Part shown: in pieces, positions 38,547 to 46,713 of the stretch | How the letters are laid out: every line of letters starts with the position of its first letter | Numbering within the stretch: position 1 is the first letter of the stretch | Assembly (NCBI RefSeq): GCF_000009045.1 | Contig: NC_000964.3 | Coordinates: 3,720,001 to 3,784,000 of the forward strand | Direction of reading: 5' to 3' | DNA length: 64,000 bases | Source of the DNA: Bacillus subtilis subsp. subtilis str. 168 | GTDB lineage: Bacteria > Bacillota > Bacilli > Bacillales > Bacillaceae | Made by a program: the position numbers and the translations under genes | Notes under the pieces: model-generated | Seen by the model: only the letters and a program-made list of their open reading frames with translations | What the model was told of the DNA's origin: nothing | The model's database searches: none

Positions 38547-39128
38547 TTGAACTACGAAATTTTTAAAGCAATCCATGGACTATCTCATCACAATTCAGTT
38601 CTCGATTCCATTATGGTCTTCATCACGGAATATGCCATTGTCGCCTATGCCCTTATCCTATTGGCAATCTGGCTGTTTGGGAACACACAAAGCAGAAAAC
38701 ATGTGCTATACGCAGGCATCACAGGAATTGCAGGCCTTGTGATCAACTATTTGATTACGCTTGTTTATTTCGAACCGCGCCCGTTCGTTGCGCATACAGT
38801 GCATACACTGATTCCGCATGCTGCGGATGCTTCATTTCCAAGTGACCATACGACAGGTGCATTAGCGATTTCTATTGCGATGCTTTTCAGAAACCGCAAA
38901 ATCGGCTGGCCGCTTGTCATTTTTGGGCTTTTGACAGGCTTTTCGAGAATTTGGGTGGGACATCACTATCCGGTAGATGTATTGGGCAGCCTCGTTGTCG
39001 CCATCATTATCGGGTTCCTTTTCTTTAGATTTTCAGATCTGCTTCGCCCGTTCGTCGATTTGGTCGTGAGGATCTACGAAGCCATTATCAATAAACTGAC
39101 GAAAAAACCAACCGATCAAAATTTCTAA
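38547..39128 (+). CDS. bcrC: Undecaprenyl-pyrophosphate phosphatase (PAP2)
   Basis: RP, SFPSDH and SRIWVGHHYPVD motifs; TTG start. Confidence 0.95.
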   Translation: MNYEIFKAIHGLSHHNSVLDSIMVFITEYAIVAYALILLAIWLFGNTQSRKHVLYAGITGIAGLVINYLITLVYFEPRPFVAHTVHTLIPHAADASFPSDHTTGALAISIAMLFRNRKIGWPLVIFGLLTGFSRIWVGHHYPVDVLGSLVVAIIIGFLFFRFSDLLRPFVDLVVRIYEAIINKLTKKPTDQNF

Positions 39129-39135
39129 GAAAGAC

Positions 39136-39170
39136 AAAAGCCGGCGTCTGAAATCAAGACAGCCGGCTTT
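39136..39170. terminator. Bidirectional terminator, bcrC/ywnJ
   Basis: AAAGCCGGC-GTCT...AGAC-A-GCCGGCTTT. Confidence 0.75.
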
Positions 39171-39591
39171 AATATTTCTCATACATCTCTTGTTTTCTTC
39201 GCTTCGCCAACACATATAAACCATAAAACAACCCAATTCCAACAGCATCGATGAGCACATCCCGGATACAACCATTCCTGCTGAAGAAGAGCTGAAGAAC
39301 TTCTGTGAAAAAAGCAAACGCAAATGAGCCGGCTGCAGCTGATCTTATGCTGCCCCGCTGTTTCCACAGCAAATATGTCAGCACAAAGAAGGAAAACGCG
39401 TGTCCGATTTTTTGAATAAACGCTTCAGGTACAGTAAGCTCAGTAAAATCCATAACTAAAAATTGAGACAGATCAGGGTGCGGCTGAAAATGAAAAGCCA
39501 CCGTTTGCGATACGACCATGCCGCTGAAGCTTTCCGTACAGACAGAAAGCAGGATAAAAAAGATCCAGCCTGCGAGCAATAGGCGGTTCAT
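39169..39591 (-). CDS. ywnJ: VanZ-like membrane protein
   Basis: QKIGHAFSFFVL, TEVLQLF..R and DVLIDAVG; start follows AAAGGAGG (140 aa). Confidence 0.85.
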   Translation of the reverse strand: MNRLLLAGWIFFILLSVCTESFSGMVVSQTVAFHFQPHPDLSQFLVMDFTELTVPEAFIQKIGHAFSFFVLTYLLWKQRGSIRSAAAGSFAFAFFTEVLQLFFSRNGCIRDVLIDAVGIGLFYGLYVLAKRRKQEMYEKY

Positions 39592-39634
39592 GACATAACC
39601 TCCTTTATAACGTACGTGCCTACATGTAACTACA

Positions 39635-39663
39635 TAGACGGTAAAACAAAGCAAAAAGTAACA
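39635..39663 (-). promoter_or_regulatory. Candidate ECF (SigM/X/W-type) promoter of ywnJ
   Basis: Minus strand TGTTAC-N17-CGTCTA. Confidence 0.5.
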
Positions 39664-39701
39664 GAAAAAAACGCCCATCACAAGGATAGACGTTTTCTTC
39701 A

Positions 39702-40553
39702 TTAAGACTGTTCAGTGTCTTCTGTTGTGCTGCTTTCTTTAGAACCAGATTTGTCAGTTGAATCATCCTTTTTCTCACCGGATTTTTCTTCTGTTCCTTT
39801 TTCAGTTGATCCGTCCTTTTTCTCGGAAGATTGCTGAATGGATTCTTCTGTTTCTTGGGTGGCAGCTTTTTCAATAGAAGAAACTGGTTTGTCCATAAAG
39901 TTTAACGGATTCATTGCAACCCCATCTTTACGGATTTCAAAGTGCACGTGGTTTCCGCTGTCTTCACTGTAAAGGTTCTTGCCAGATTTTCCGATCACTT
40001 GATTTTGTTTTACTTTGTCACCTTGCTCTACGCTTACTTCGGAAAGAGATTGATACACAGTCGATAAACCGTCGGCATGTTCTACTTCCACAACATATCC
40101 CAGCACTGGATCTTTTTCAGCTTTAACAACCGTACCGCTCAGAGAAGCAGAGACATCGAAATCTTTTCCGTCTTTCTCAGCTAAGTCAATTCCTTTGCTT
40201 AGGCTGTACGTGTTATTATAGGTAACGAGTGCTGCTTCTTTCTCTTCTTTTGCGGCATCGGTTTCATAGAACTTTTTCACAACAGAAACGTTTTCAGAAT
40301 CAACAACCGGCATTGCGACATTTTCCATTGACTTTCCTACTTCAACTGCATCGTCGTTGTTGTCATATGCGGAGTTTCCGCCGTTATCAGCCAACTGATC
40401 CTTTACCTCATCATTTGATACTGATTGATACCAAAGGACAGCTGTTAAAATGACGGCCGCACTGACTAAGTAAATTGCAGGGAACACCCAGCGTTTACGA
40501 AAAAACTGCTGAAGTTTTTTGACTTGAGAAGTTTTCTTTTCTTCCTCTCTCAT
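39702..40553 (-). CDS. spoIIQ: Forespore engulfment/channel protein SpoIIQ (degenerate M23/LytM)
   Basis: RKRWVFPAIYL, SKGIDL, YQSL and HVHFEIRK motifs. Confidence 0.96.
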   Translation of the reverse strand: MREEEKKTSQVKKLQQFFRKRWVFPAIYLVSAAVILTAVLWYQSVSNDEVKDQLADNGGNSAYDNNDDAVEVGKSMENVAMPVVDSENVSVVKKFYETDAAKEEKEAALVTYNNTYSLSKGIDLAEKDGKDFDVSASLSGTVVKAEKDPVLGYVVEVEHADGLSTVYQSLSEVSVEQGDKVKQNQVIGKSGKNLYSEDSGNHVHFEIRKDGVAMNPLNFMDKPVSSIEKAATQETEESIQQSSEKKDGSTEKGTEEKSGEKKDDSTDKSGSKESSTTEDTEQS

Positions 40554-40572
40554 TGTTTCATCACCTCAGCAA

Positions 40573-40602
40573 CATTCTGAACACTTTTCTGAAAATATAT
40601 AC
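40573..40602 (-). promoter_or_regulatory. SigF promoter of spoIIQ
   Basis: Minus strand GTATA-N15-GTTCAGAATG. Confidence 0.65.
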
Positions 40603-40687
40603 AACCTATCCAAAAAAACTTTTTTAGATGTAGTTTGCACAGACTGAACGAAAATATGTATTTTTTTGAGAGGAGTGCCAAAAACGT

Positions 40688-41185
40688 ATGAACATGACAT
40701 TGCGTCTTGCTGAACATAGAGACTTGGAGGCTGTTGTGGCGATTTATAATTCAACGATTGCTTCTCGAATGGTAACAGCCGATACCGAACCGGTAACTCC
40801 TGAAGACCGGATGGAATGGTTTTCGGGACATACAGAGTCACGTCCGCTCTATGTGGCCGAGGATGAAAACGGAAACGTCGCTGCCTGGATCAGCTTTGAA
40901 ACATTTTATGGAAGGCCAGCCTATAATAAAACAGCGGAAGTCAGCATATACATTGACGAAGCATGCCGCGGCAAAGGTGTTGGATCATATTTGCTTCAAG
41001 AAGCGCTCCGCATTGCCCCGAATCTTGGCATCCGCTCACTTATGGCCTTCATTTTCGGGCATAATAAACCAAGCCTGAAGCTGTTTGAAAAGCACGGGTT
41101 TGCAGAATGGGGACTATTCCCCGGCATCGCCGAAATGGACGGGAAAAGATACGATTTAAAAATTTTAGGGAGAGAGCTTTCATGA
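40688..41185 (+). CDS. ywnH: GNAT acetyltransferase (phosphinothricin acetyltransferase-like)
   Basis: EVSIYIDEACRGKGVGSYLL and N.PSLKLFEKHGF; the true start may be 40694. Confidence 0.9.
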   Translation: MNMTLRLAEHRDLEAVVAIYNSTIASRMVTADTEPVTPEDRMEWFSGHTESRPLYVAEDENGNVAAWISFETFYGRPAYNKTAEVSIYIDEACRGKGVGSYLLQEALRIAPNLGIRSLMAFIFGHNKPSLKLFEKHGFAEWGLFPGIAEMDGKRYDLKILGRELS

Positions 41186-41700
41186 TTAGTCTGGATAAAG
41201 ATGAAAACGAAATTGAACATCATAATGAAGAAAATAGCCTTGTTGAACAGGAGACTGCACCTGTTGGACAGGAGAGCCGCCAGCTGAGCGCCTCCGCTGT
41301 CAAGTCGCTATCCGACATTGCCAAGTGGGGCAAAATTTCTGGCATCTTGTTAATCATTATGGGATCGCTTGTCACTCTGTCTGTTTTGATGACAGTGATT
41401 GGCGCCATCCCGGGCGTACTGCTCATTATTTCAGGCGTATTTTTGATGCGCTCAGCAAAAGCAGCCGCGGAAGCCGAAGGAAATCTAACCGGCAGCGCTG
41501 GCGAAAGCATGCTTGAAAATTACGGGACATTTATAAAAATGCAGCTGTTTTATGCAGCATCCAGTATCGTTACTGTCCTGATCGGGATCATTGTAGCCAT
41601 TTTCGTGCTGGTGGTAATCGGCATTGCTGCTTTTGAGAACACGCCTTCGTATGATGATCCGGATTCTTATTATTATGAGGATGATCCGGTGTTTGAATAA
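41182..41700 (+). CDS. ywnG: Membrane protein (DUF5362-like), paralogue of YwnC
   Basis: KWGKISGIL and ISGVFLMRSA; ATGA overlap with ywnH. Confidence 0.8.
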   Translation: MISLDKDENEIEHHNEENSLVEQETAPVGQESRQLSASAVKSLSDIAKWGKISGILLIIMGSLVTLSVLMTVIGAIPGVLLIISGVFLMRSAKAAAEAEGNLTGSAGESMLENYGTFIKMQLFYAASSIVTVLIGIIVAIFVLVVIGIAAFENTPSYDDPDSYYYEDDPVFE

Positions 41701-41716
41701 TGATGAGACAGGACAG

Positions 41717-41753
41717 GGCATGAGTTCCATATAAACGGAACCATGCCTATTTT
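41717..41753 (+). terminator. ywnHG terminator
   Basis: GGCATG-A-GTTCC/GGAAC-CATGCC stem followed by TATTTT. Confidence 0.6.
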
Positions 41754-41932
41754 ATTTGACTATTCAAAGCAGGCCGGCGTAAACACCAAATCCTGAAGCA
41801 AGCATACAATAGACATCTCTAGTAGAGGAAATCAACAAAGCAACGCTGTTACCCAGAAATGAATATCAAAAAAACGGATGAAGTCGGAATCAATCCGAAA
41901 CCGCACTTTTTATTTCGGGTGTCTGCATGCAA

Positions 41933-41976
41933 AAAAACACACCCGGATCGTCTGGAAAATCTCAACAATCCGGGTG
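41933..41976 (-). terminator. ywnF terminator
   Basis: CACCCGGAT/ATCCGGGTG stem with a T-run on the minus strand. Confidence 0.6.
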
Positions 41977-41986
41977 CAGATCTTCT

Positions 41987-42421
41987 TTAATACATTTTTT
42001 TGCGTCTGTCTTCCTCAGTCAAAAATTCAACAAAACTCCGCATCGCAAAAGGCTCTTCCTTTATTTGTCGTGCGTAGGAGCTTTTCCGCTCTTCTGAAAG
42101 GATTTCGCTCTTTTTGATCCTGTTCAGCATATAGATGTGAACCGTTTTTTGGATTTGTTTATGCTGATAGCCTGCCTCTTTAAAAAATGCGAGCCCGAGC
42201 GCCGCCAAAAGGGCGAATATGCCTGCGCTGATCAGGGACTCCCTGTCAGCTGAAGCATGAAATAGAAAAGCAGCTAAATTAAAGAGAGAGAATGCAGCAA
42301 GCGGAATAGCAAGAAAACGGTAAATGACGGTTTTTTTCATGAAAGGCTGTACGGCCTTTTGAATTTTTTGCATTTCTGTTTTGATGAACCCCGGCATTTG
42401 TTCGACTCTGTAAAAGTTCAT
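41987..42421 (-). CDS. ywnF: Membrane protein of unknown function
   Basis: Two TM segments; start MNFYRV follows AAGGGGAGG (144 aa). Confidence 0.8.
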   Translation of the reverse strand: MNFYRVEQMPGFIKTEMQKIQKAVQPFMKKTVIYRFLAIPLAAFSLFNLAAFLFHASADRESLISAGIFALLAALGLAFFKEAGYQHKQIQKTVHIYMLNRIKKSEILSEERKSSYARQIKEEPFAMRSFVEFLTEEDRRKKMY

Positions 42422-42663
42422 ATAATCCTCCCCCTTTATTTGATGTTTCAAGCTTCACGAACGTTATCATATGTGTTTATTTTAACGCAGGTGCAAGCTG
42501 GTTTTAAAGAAATCTGCCCGTATTTTTCACGAAGAATCTGGATCGCCGCTCTTTATTCTTTTAAAATGTGAGTGTTATAATTTGTAATGGGAATCAGATC
42601 ACTGTTATTCATGGAATACTAATGGCAATCTTCTTGATAAATATGAATGAGCGGGGTTACAAA

Positions 42664-44112
42664 GTGAGTATTTCTTCCATCCTTTTATCACTTTTTTTCA
42701 TTTTAAATATTCTTTTGGCCATCATTGTCATCTTCAAAGAACGGCGCGATGCCAGTGCATCTTGGGCGTGGCTGCTTGTTCTTTTCTTTATTCCCGTTTT
42801 AGGCTTTATTTTATACTTATTATTCGGCCATAATCTCAGACGCAAGCATTTGTTTCAATGGGAAGACCGGAAAAAGATTGGAATTGAAAGGCTGCTGAAG
42901 CATCAGCTTGAAGATTTAGAAACCAAGCAATTTCAGTTTAACAACCGGGCAACCTTTGATAACAAAGATTTAATTTATATGCTGATTATGAATAACCATG
43001 CTGTGTTTACAGAGGATAATTCAGTTGACGTCATTACAGATGGACGGGATAAATTTCAGCGGCTGCTGAGTGACATTTCAAAGGCTAAGGATCATATCCA
43101 TTTACAGTATTATATTTATAAAGGCGATGAATTAGGCAAAAAATTGCGGGACGCTCTCATCCAAAAGGCGAAAGAAGGTGTTCAGGTCAGAGTGCTTTAT
43201 GATGAACTCGGGTCCAGAACGCTGAGAAAAAAGTTTTTTAAAGAGCTTCGCGAGGCTGGCGGGCATGTGGAGGTCTTTTTCCCGTCAAAGCTCAGGCCGA
43301 TTAACCTGCGGCTGAATTACCGGAACCATCGAAAGCTTGTGATCATAGACGGTATGACCGGTTATGTCGGAGGCTTTAACGTCGGAGATGAGTATCTAGG
43401 GCTTAATCCGAAATTCGGTTATTGGCGGGATACGCATATCCGGCTGCAAGGAACGGCCGTGCACGCCATCCAAACACGATTCATCCTTGACTGGAACCAA
43501 GCTTCTCATCACCATACGCTGACATATATTCCAAATCACTTTCCTGATTACGGCCCAAAAGGCAACGTCGGGATGCAGATTGTCACAAGCGGCCCTGATT
43601 CGGAATGGGAACAAATTAAAAATGGCTACATCAAAATGATTTCGAACGCCAAGCGTTCCATTTTGATACAAACACCTTATTTTATCCCAGATGCAAGCCT
43701 GCTGGATGCTTTAAGGATCGCTTGCCTTTCGGGCATTGACGTTAACATTATGATTCCGAACAAGCCCGATCACGCCTTTGTATACTGGGCGACACTTTCG
43801 TATATCGGCGATCTGCTGAAAGCCGGAGCCACTGTCTATATTTACGATAACGGCTTTATTCACGCGAAAACCATCGTGGTGGATGACGAAATCGCTTCAG
43901 TCGGCACAGCGAACATTGATGTCCGAAGCTTCAGGCTGAATTTTGAGGTTAATGCATTTATTTACGATATCACCATTGCTAAAAAACTGGTTTCAACTTT
44001 TAAAGAAGATTTGCTAGTATCCAGAAAATTCACCTATGAGGAGTATCTGCAGCGCCCGTTGTGGATTCGAATAAAAGAATCCGTCTCGCGGCTGTTGTCG
44101 CCGATCTTATAA
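42664..44112 (+). CDS. clsA: Cardiolipin synthase
   Basis: Two HKD motifs (NHRKLVIIDG, HAKTIVVDD); GTG start at 42664 (482 aa). Confidence 0.96.
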   Translation: MSISSILLSLFFILNILLAIIVIFKERRDASASWAWLLVLFFIPVLGFILYLLFGHNLRRKHLFQWEDRKKIGIERLLKHQLEDLETKQFQFNNRATFDNKDLIYMLIMNNHAVFTEDNSVDVITDGRDKFQRLLSDISKAKDHIHLQYYIYKGDELGKKLRDALIQKAKEGVQVRVLYDELGSRTLRKKFFKELREAGGHVEVFFPSKLRPINLRLNYRNHRKLVIIDGMTGYVGGFNVGDEYLGLNPKFGYWRDTHIRLQGTAVHAIQTRFILDWNQASHHHTLTYIPNHFPDYGPKGNVGMQIVTSGPDSEWEQIKNGYIKMISNAKRSILIQTPYFIPDASLLDALRIACLSGIDVNIMIPNKPDHAFVYWATLSYIGDLLKAGATVYIYDNGFIHAKTIVVDDEIASVGTANIDVRSFRLNFEVNAFIYDITIAKKLVSTFKEDLLVSRKFTYEEYLQRPLWIRIKESVSRLLSPIL

Positions 44113-44119
44113 GATGCGT

Positions 44120-44149
44120 AAACCCCCGGCCTTTACGGCCGGGGGTTTT
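44120..44149. terminator. Bidirectional terminator, clsA/mta
   Basis: AAACCCCCGGCC-TTTAC-GGCCGGGGGTTTT. Confidence 0.9.
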
Positions 44150-44906
44150 CCTGATGGTCACAGTAAATGATGATTGCCTCCCGCAAAAAAGCGGCAAGAC
44201 CTTCTCCATATTGATTGATTGAATCGGTAAATCGCTCGTCAGTGATATACACTTCCCCGAGTCCTCTGAAAATGTCGAGTGTGCAATCGTAATGATATTG
44301 GCAAATATGATCGCGAAATGCCCCCACAGCGGCCTGAATCTCTGCATCATCGGGCCCATGCTTCATTCGCGCCGCAATTCGTCTGTAAATCGAATCAAAT
44401 TCAGCCATGATCGTGCGCCAATCATCTGCCGAGTATGCAGATGTCCTTTTCTCTGTTTCTTCTGCGATTTCCTTTCCATACAGCTTTCTGACTTCATCAG
44501 CGTATGTCTGCTGGTGCTCTTCAATGTCTTTCATGCTTAATCCGGCAAATAAATCCCTCTTATTCATCGTTTCCCCTCCATCAACGGACAAAAGCGTCCT
44601 GTCAATTGTTTGAATCATCTCATCCATTCTTTGTTTTTTCTTCATCAATATCTCCTTTTGCGACTGAAGTGCCGCTTTCCGGTCAAAATTCGGATGATCC
44701 AGCATCTCTTTAATCTCATCCAGACGAAACCCGATTTCCTTGAAAAATAAAATCTGTTGCAGTCTTTCCAGGTCTGCGTCACTGTACAAACGATACCCAG
44801 CATCAGTAAGCGCTGAAGGATTCAGAAGCTCAATATTGTCATAGTGATGAAGCGTCCGAATGCTAACGCCTGATATCTCCGCCACTTGTTTAACTTGATA
44901 TTTCAT
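44133..44906 (-). CDS. mta: MerR-family multidrug activator Mta
   Basis: VAEISGVSIRTLHHYDNIELL...GYRLY plus TipAS-like C-terminus; start follows GGAGG. Confidence 0.95.
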   Translation of the reverse strand: MKYQVKQVAEISGVSIRTLHHYDNIELLNPSALTDAGYRLYSDADLERLQQILFFKEIGFRLDEIKEMLDHPNFDRKAALQSQKEILMKKKQRMDEMIQTIDRTLLSVDGGETMNKRDLFAGLSMKDIEEHQQTYADEVRKLYGKEIAEETEKRTSAYSADDWRTIMAEFDSIYRRIAARMKHGPDDAEIQAAVGAFRDHICQYHYDCTLDIFRGLGEVYITDERFTDSINQYGEGLAAFLREAIIIYCDHQENPRP

Positions 44907-44927
44907 ACATAACACCTCCTCTTTTTT

Positions 44928-44958
44928 ATCGTAAACAATCACGCAACGTTAGGGTCAA
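44928..44958 (-). promoter_or_regulatory. MerR-type 19-bp-spacer promoter/operator of mta
   Basis: Minus strand TTGACC-CTAACGTTGCGTGATTGTT(19 nt)-TACGAT. Confidence 0.85.
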
Positions 44959-45050
44959 TCCCCAAAATGTTATTTTCTATATACAAAACTTCTCACAAAT
45001 AGTGTATAAAAGAAAAGTGAGTATTTTTTTGTAAAGGGGAGCCAGTATAC

Positions 45051-45434
45051 ATGAATCCTGAAACAATGAACAAAACCCTCATCAGCATTTCGAAATGGGG
45101 AAAAGCTACAGGCATTTTATTTATTATTATGGGCGCAATTACCGCGCTTTCAGGCGCGTTCTTTTTTCTAATCGGTGCCGTGCCAGGCGTACTGCAAATT
45201 ATTTCCGGTATCTTTTTGATGAGGTCAGCTAGGGAAGCAGGCCAAATGGCTGAACACAATAGCGGACAGTCTGAAGACTTAATGCTGGAGAATTACGCGA
45301 AATTCGTAAAGATGCAAGGGATTTATTTGATCGTAAGCATTGCTGTATCCATTCTTGCGATTATCGCCTTCTTCATCTTTTTAATGCTTGGGATTGCTGA
45401 CGGCCTTTTCAGCGATACGTACAGCACTTATTAA
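45051..45434 (+). CDS. ywnC: Membrane protein (DUF5362-like), paralogue of YwnG
   Basis: KWGKATGIL, ISGIFLMRSA and MLENYAKFVKMQ. Confidence 0.82.
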   Translation: MNPETMNKTLISISKWGKATGILFIIMGAITALSGAFFFLIGAVPGVLQIISGIFLMRSAREAGQMAEHNSGQSEDLMLENYAKFVKMQGIYLIVSIAVSILAIIAFFIFLMLGIADGLFSDTYSTY

Positions 45435-45438
45435 TGAG

Positions 45439-45467
45439 AAAAACCCGGAGCTGGCTCCGGGTTTTTT
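45439..45467. terminator. Bidirectional terminator, ywnC/ywnB
   Basis: AAAAACCCGGAGC-TG-GCTCCGGGTTTTTT. Confidence 0.88.
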
Positions 45468-45468
45468 A

Positions 45469-46110
45469 TTATTCCGCTTCGCTTACCACTGTGAAGCGTT
45501 CATTTTTGTGTTCGGGATGTTCAAGCTCGTCCAACACGGCAATGGCATAATCTGCATAGCTGATATAGCTGTCTCCTTTTGCATTTACGATGACATTGTC
45601 TTTTCCTTTTTGGTAAGAGCCAGTCCGTTTTCCTGCTGGATCAAAAAATGCCGCAGGACTGAGGAACGTCCAGGAAATGGAGTCTGTCTGCTGCAAATCT
45701 TTCAGGTTCTCGCCTTGATTTGATGCAGTTGGCAAATATTCTTTCGGAAATTCCGGCGTATCCATTAAACGGGTTGTTTTGGCTTCATCAACAAACAGGC
45801 TTCCCGCTCCGCCAACAACAAGCAATCTTGTGTGCTTCGCGTCCTTTAAAATGCTGATGAGTGCTCTTCCTGCTTCAACATGAAGATGTTCTTGGCCGGG
45901 TGCTGCTCCAAAAGCGTTTACGACCGCGTCGAAAGGCTTGATGTCTTCCGCAGTCAGTTCAAACACATCTTTTTCCAAAATCGCTACGTCTTGCTCCTGC
46001 ACTTTTGAAGCGTTTCTGACGATGGCTGTCACTTCATGGCCTCTTTTTTTCGCTTCTTTCAAAATCTCGTTTCCCGCTTTCCCGCTTGCGCCTATAATAC
46101 CAATTTTCAT
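45469..46110 (-). CDS. ywnB: NAD(P)-binding Rossmann oxidoreductase
   Basis: MKIGIIGASGKAG, VVGGAGSL and WTFLSPA. Confidence 0.9.
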   Translation of the reverse strand: MKIGIIGASGKAGNEILKEAKKRGHEVTAIVRNASKVQEQDVAILEKDVFELTAEDIKPFDAVVNAFGAAPGQEHLHVEAGRALISILKDAKHTRLLVVGGAGSLFVDEAKTTRLMDTPEFPKEYLPTASNQGENLKDLQQTDSISWTFLSPAAFFDPAGKRTGSYQKGKDNVIVNAKGDSYISYADYAIAVLDELEHPEHKNERFTVVSEAE

Positions 46111-46129
46111 TTTTCATTTCCTCCTTATT

Positions 46130-46148
46130 TGTAACAATTTTAGTTACA
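46130..46148. promoter_or_regulatory. Candidate YwnA operator upstream of ywnB
   Basis: TGTAAC-AATTTTA-GTTACA. Confidence 0.7.
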
Positions 46149-46177
46149 TGTTAGCGGTGAGAAGTCATCCCTTTTGA

Positions 46178-46579
46178 TTAAAAGAGATGATTCATAACAT
46201 CTTTTAATGACTTGCTTGCCAGTTCATTTTCCATCGCTCTTTGCACACTTTCAAACGTTTCATCCAGAGCGTTCTGAATTTTTTTCCCTACCGGACATTT
46301 CGGATTCGGGTTTTCATGAACCGCAAAGAGTTCTTCTTGCTTTTGGACAGCCCGGTACACTTCTAAAAGAGAAATATCAGCAGGATCTTTTTTGAGGCTT
46401 GCACCCGGCACCCCGGCGCGTGATGTGAGAATATCAGCTTTTTTCAGCAGGCTGATCATTCTTCGCACAACTACCGGATTCGTGTTGACACTGTCTGCAA
46501 TGATTTCTGAAGATGTTTTTTCATCCATCGAGATGAGGGATAAAATATGAATGGCAACAGCAAGACGGCTGTTAATCAT
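46178..46579 (-). CDS. ywnA: Rrf2-family regulator
   Basis: SRLAVAIHIL, SVNTNPVVVRR and single-Cys HENPNPKCPVG. Confidence 0.92.
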   Translation of the reverse strand: MINSRLAVAIHILSLISMDEKTSSEIIADSVNTNPVVVRRMISLLKKADILTSRAGVPGASLKKDPADISLLEVYRAVQKQEELFAVHENPNPKCPVGKKIQNALDETFESVQRAMENELASKSLKDVMNHLF

Positions 46580-46595
46580 GTTTTTTCACCACCGT

Positions 46596-46614
46596 TGTAA
46601 CTATAATAGTTACA
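46596..46614. promoter_or_regulatory. Candidate YwnA operator upstream of ywnA
   Basis: Perfect 9-1-9 palindrome TGTAACTAT-A-ATAGTTACA. Confidence 0.75.
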
Positions 46615-46685
46615 TTTGATTCGTTTGTCAACATCTAATATACACTAAATACATGGGTTTTGTGCACCGTTTTTAGTCAATAGAA

Positions 46686-46706
46686 CGGCCGGATGCACTC
46701 CGGCCG
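46686..46706 (-). terminator. Stem-loop after ureC
   Basis: CGGCCGGA-TGCAC-TCCGGCCG. Confidence 0.6.
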
Positions 46707-46713
46707 CGTCTTA

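Noticed and set aside
39702-39870. Low-complexity Ser/Glu/Lys/Asp tail of SpoIIQ with short repeats (EKKD, STEK, STDK)
   Set aside because: This is the known disordered C-terminal tail, not a separate repeat element.
21631-41815. Shared ACAATAGACAT at about 21641 and 41806 in two intergenic regions
   Set aside because: An 11-mer match is expected many times by chance in 64 kb, and the flanks do not extend convincingly.
46596-46614. ywnA palindrome as a TnrA/GlnR box
   Set aside because: The arms TGTAA/TTACA are separated by 9 bp, not the 7 bp of the TnrA/GlnR boxes at 36688 and 49925.
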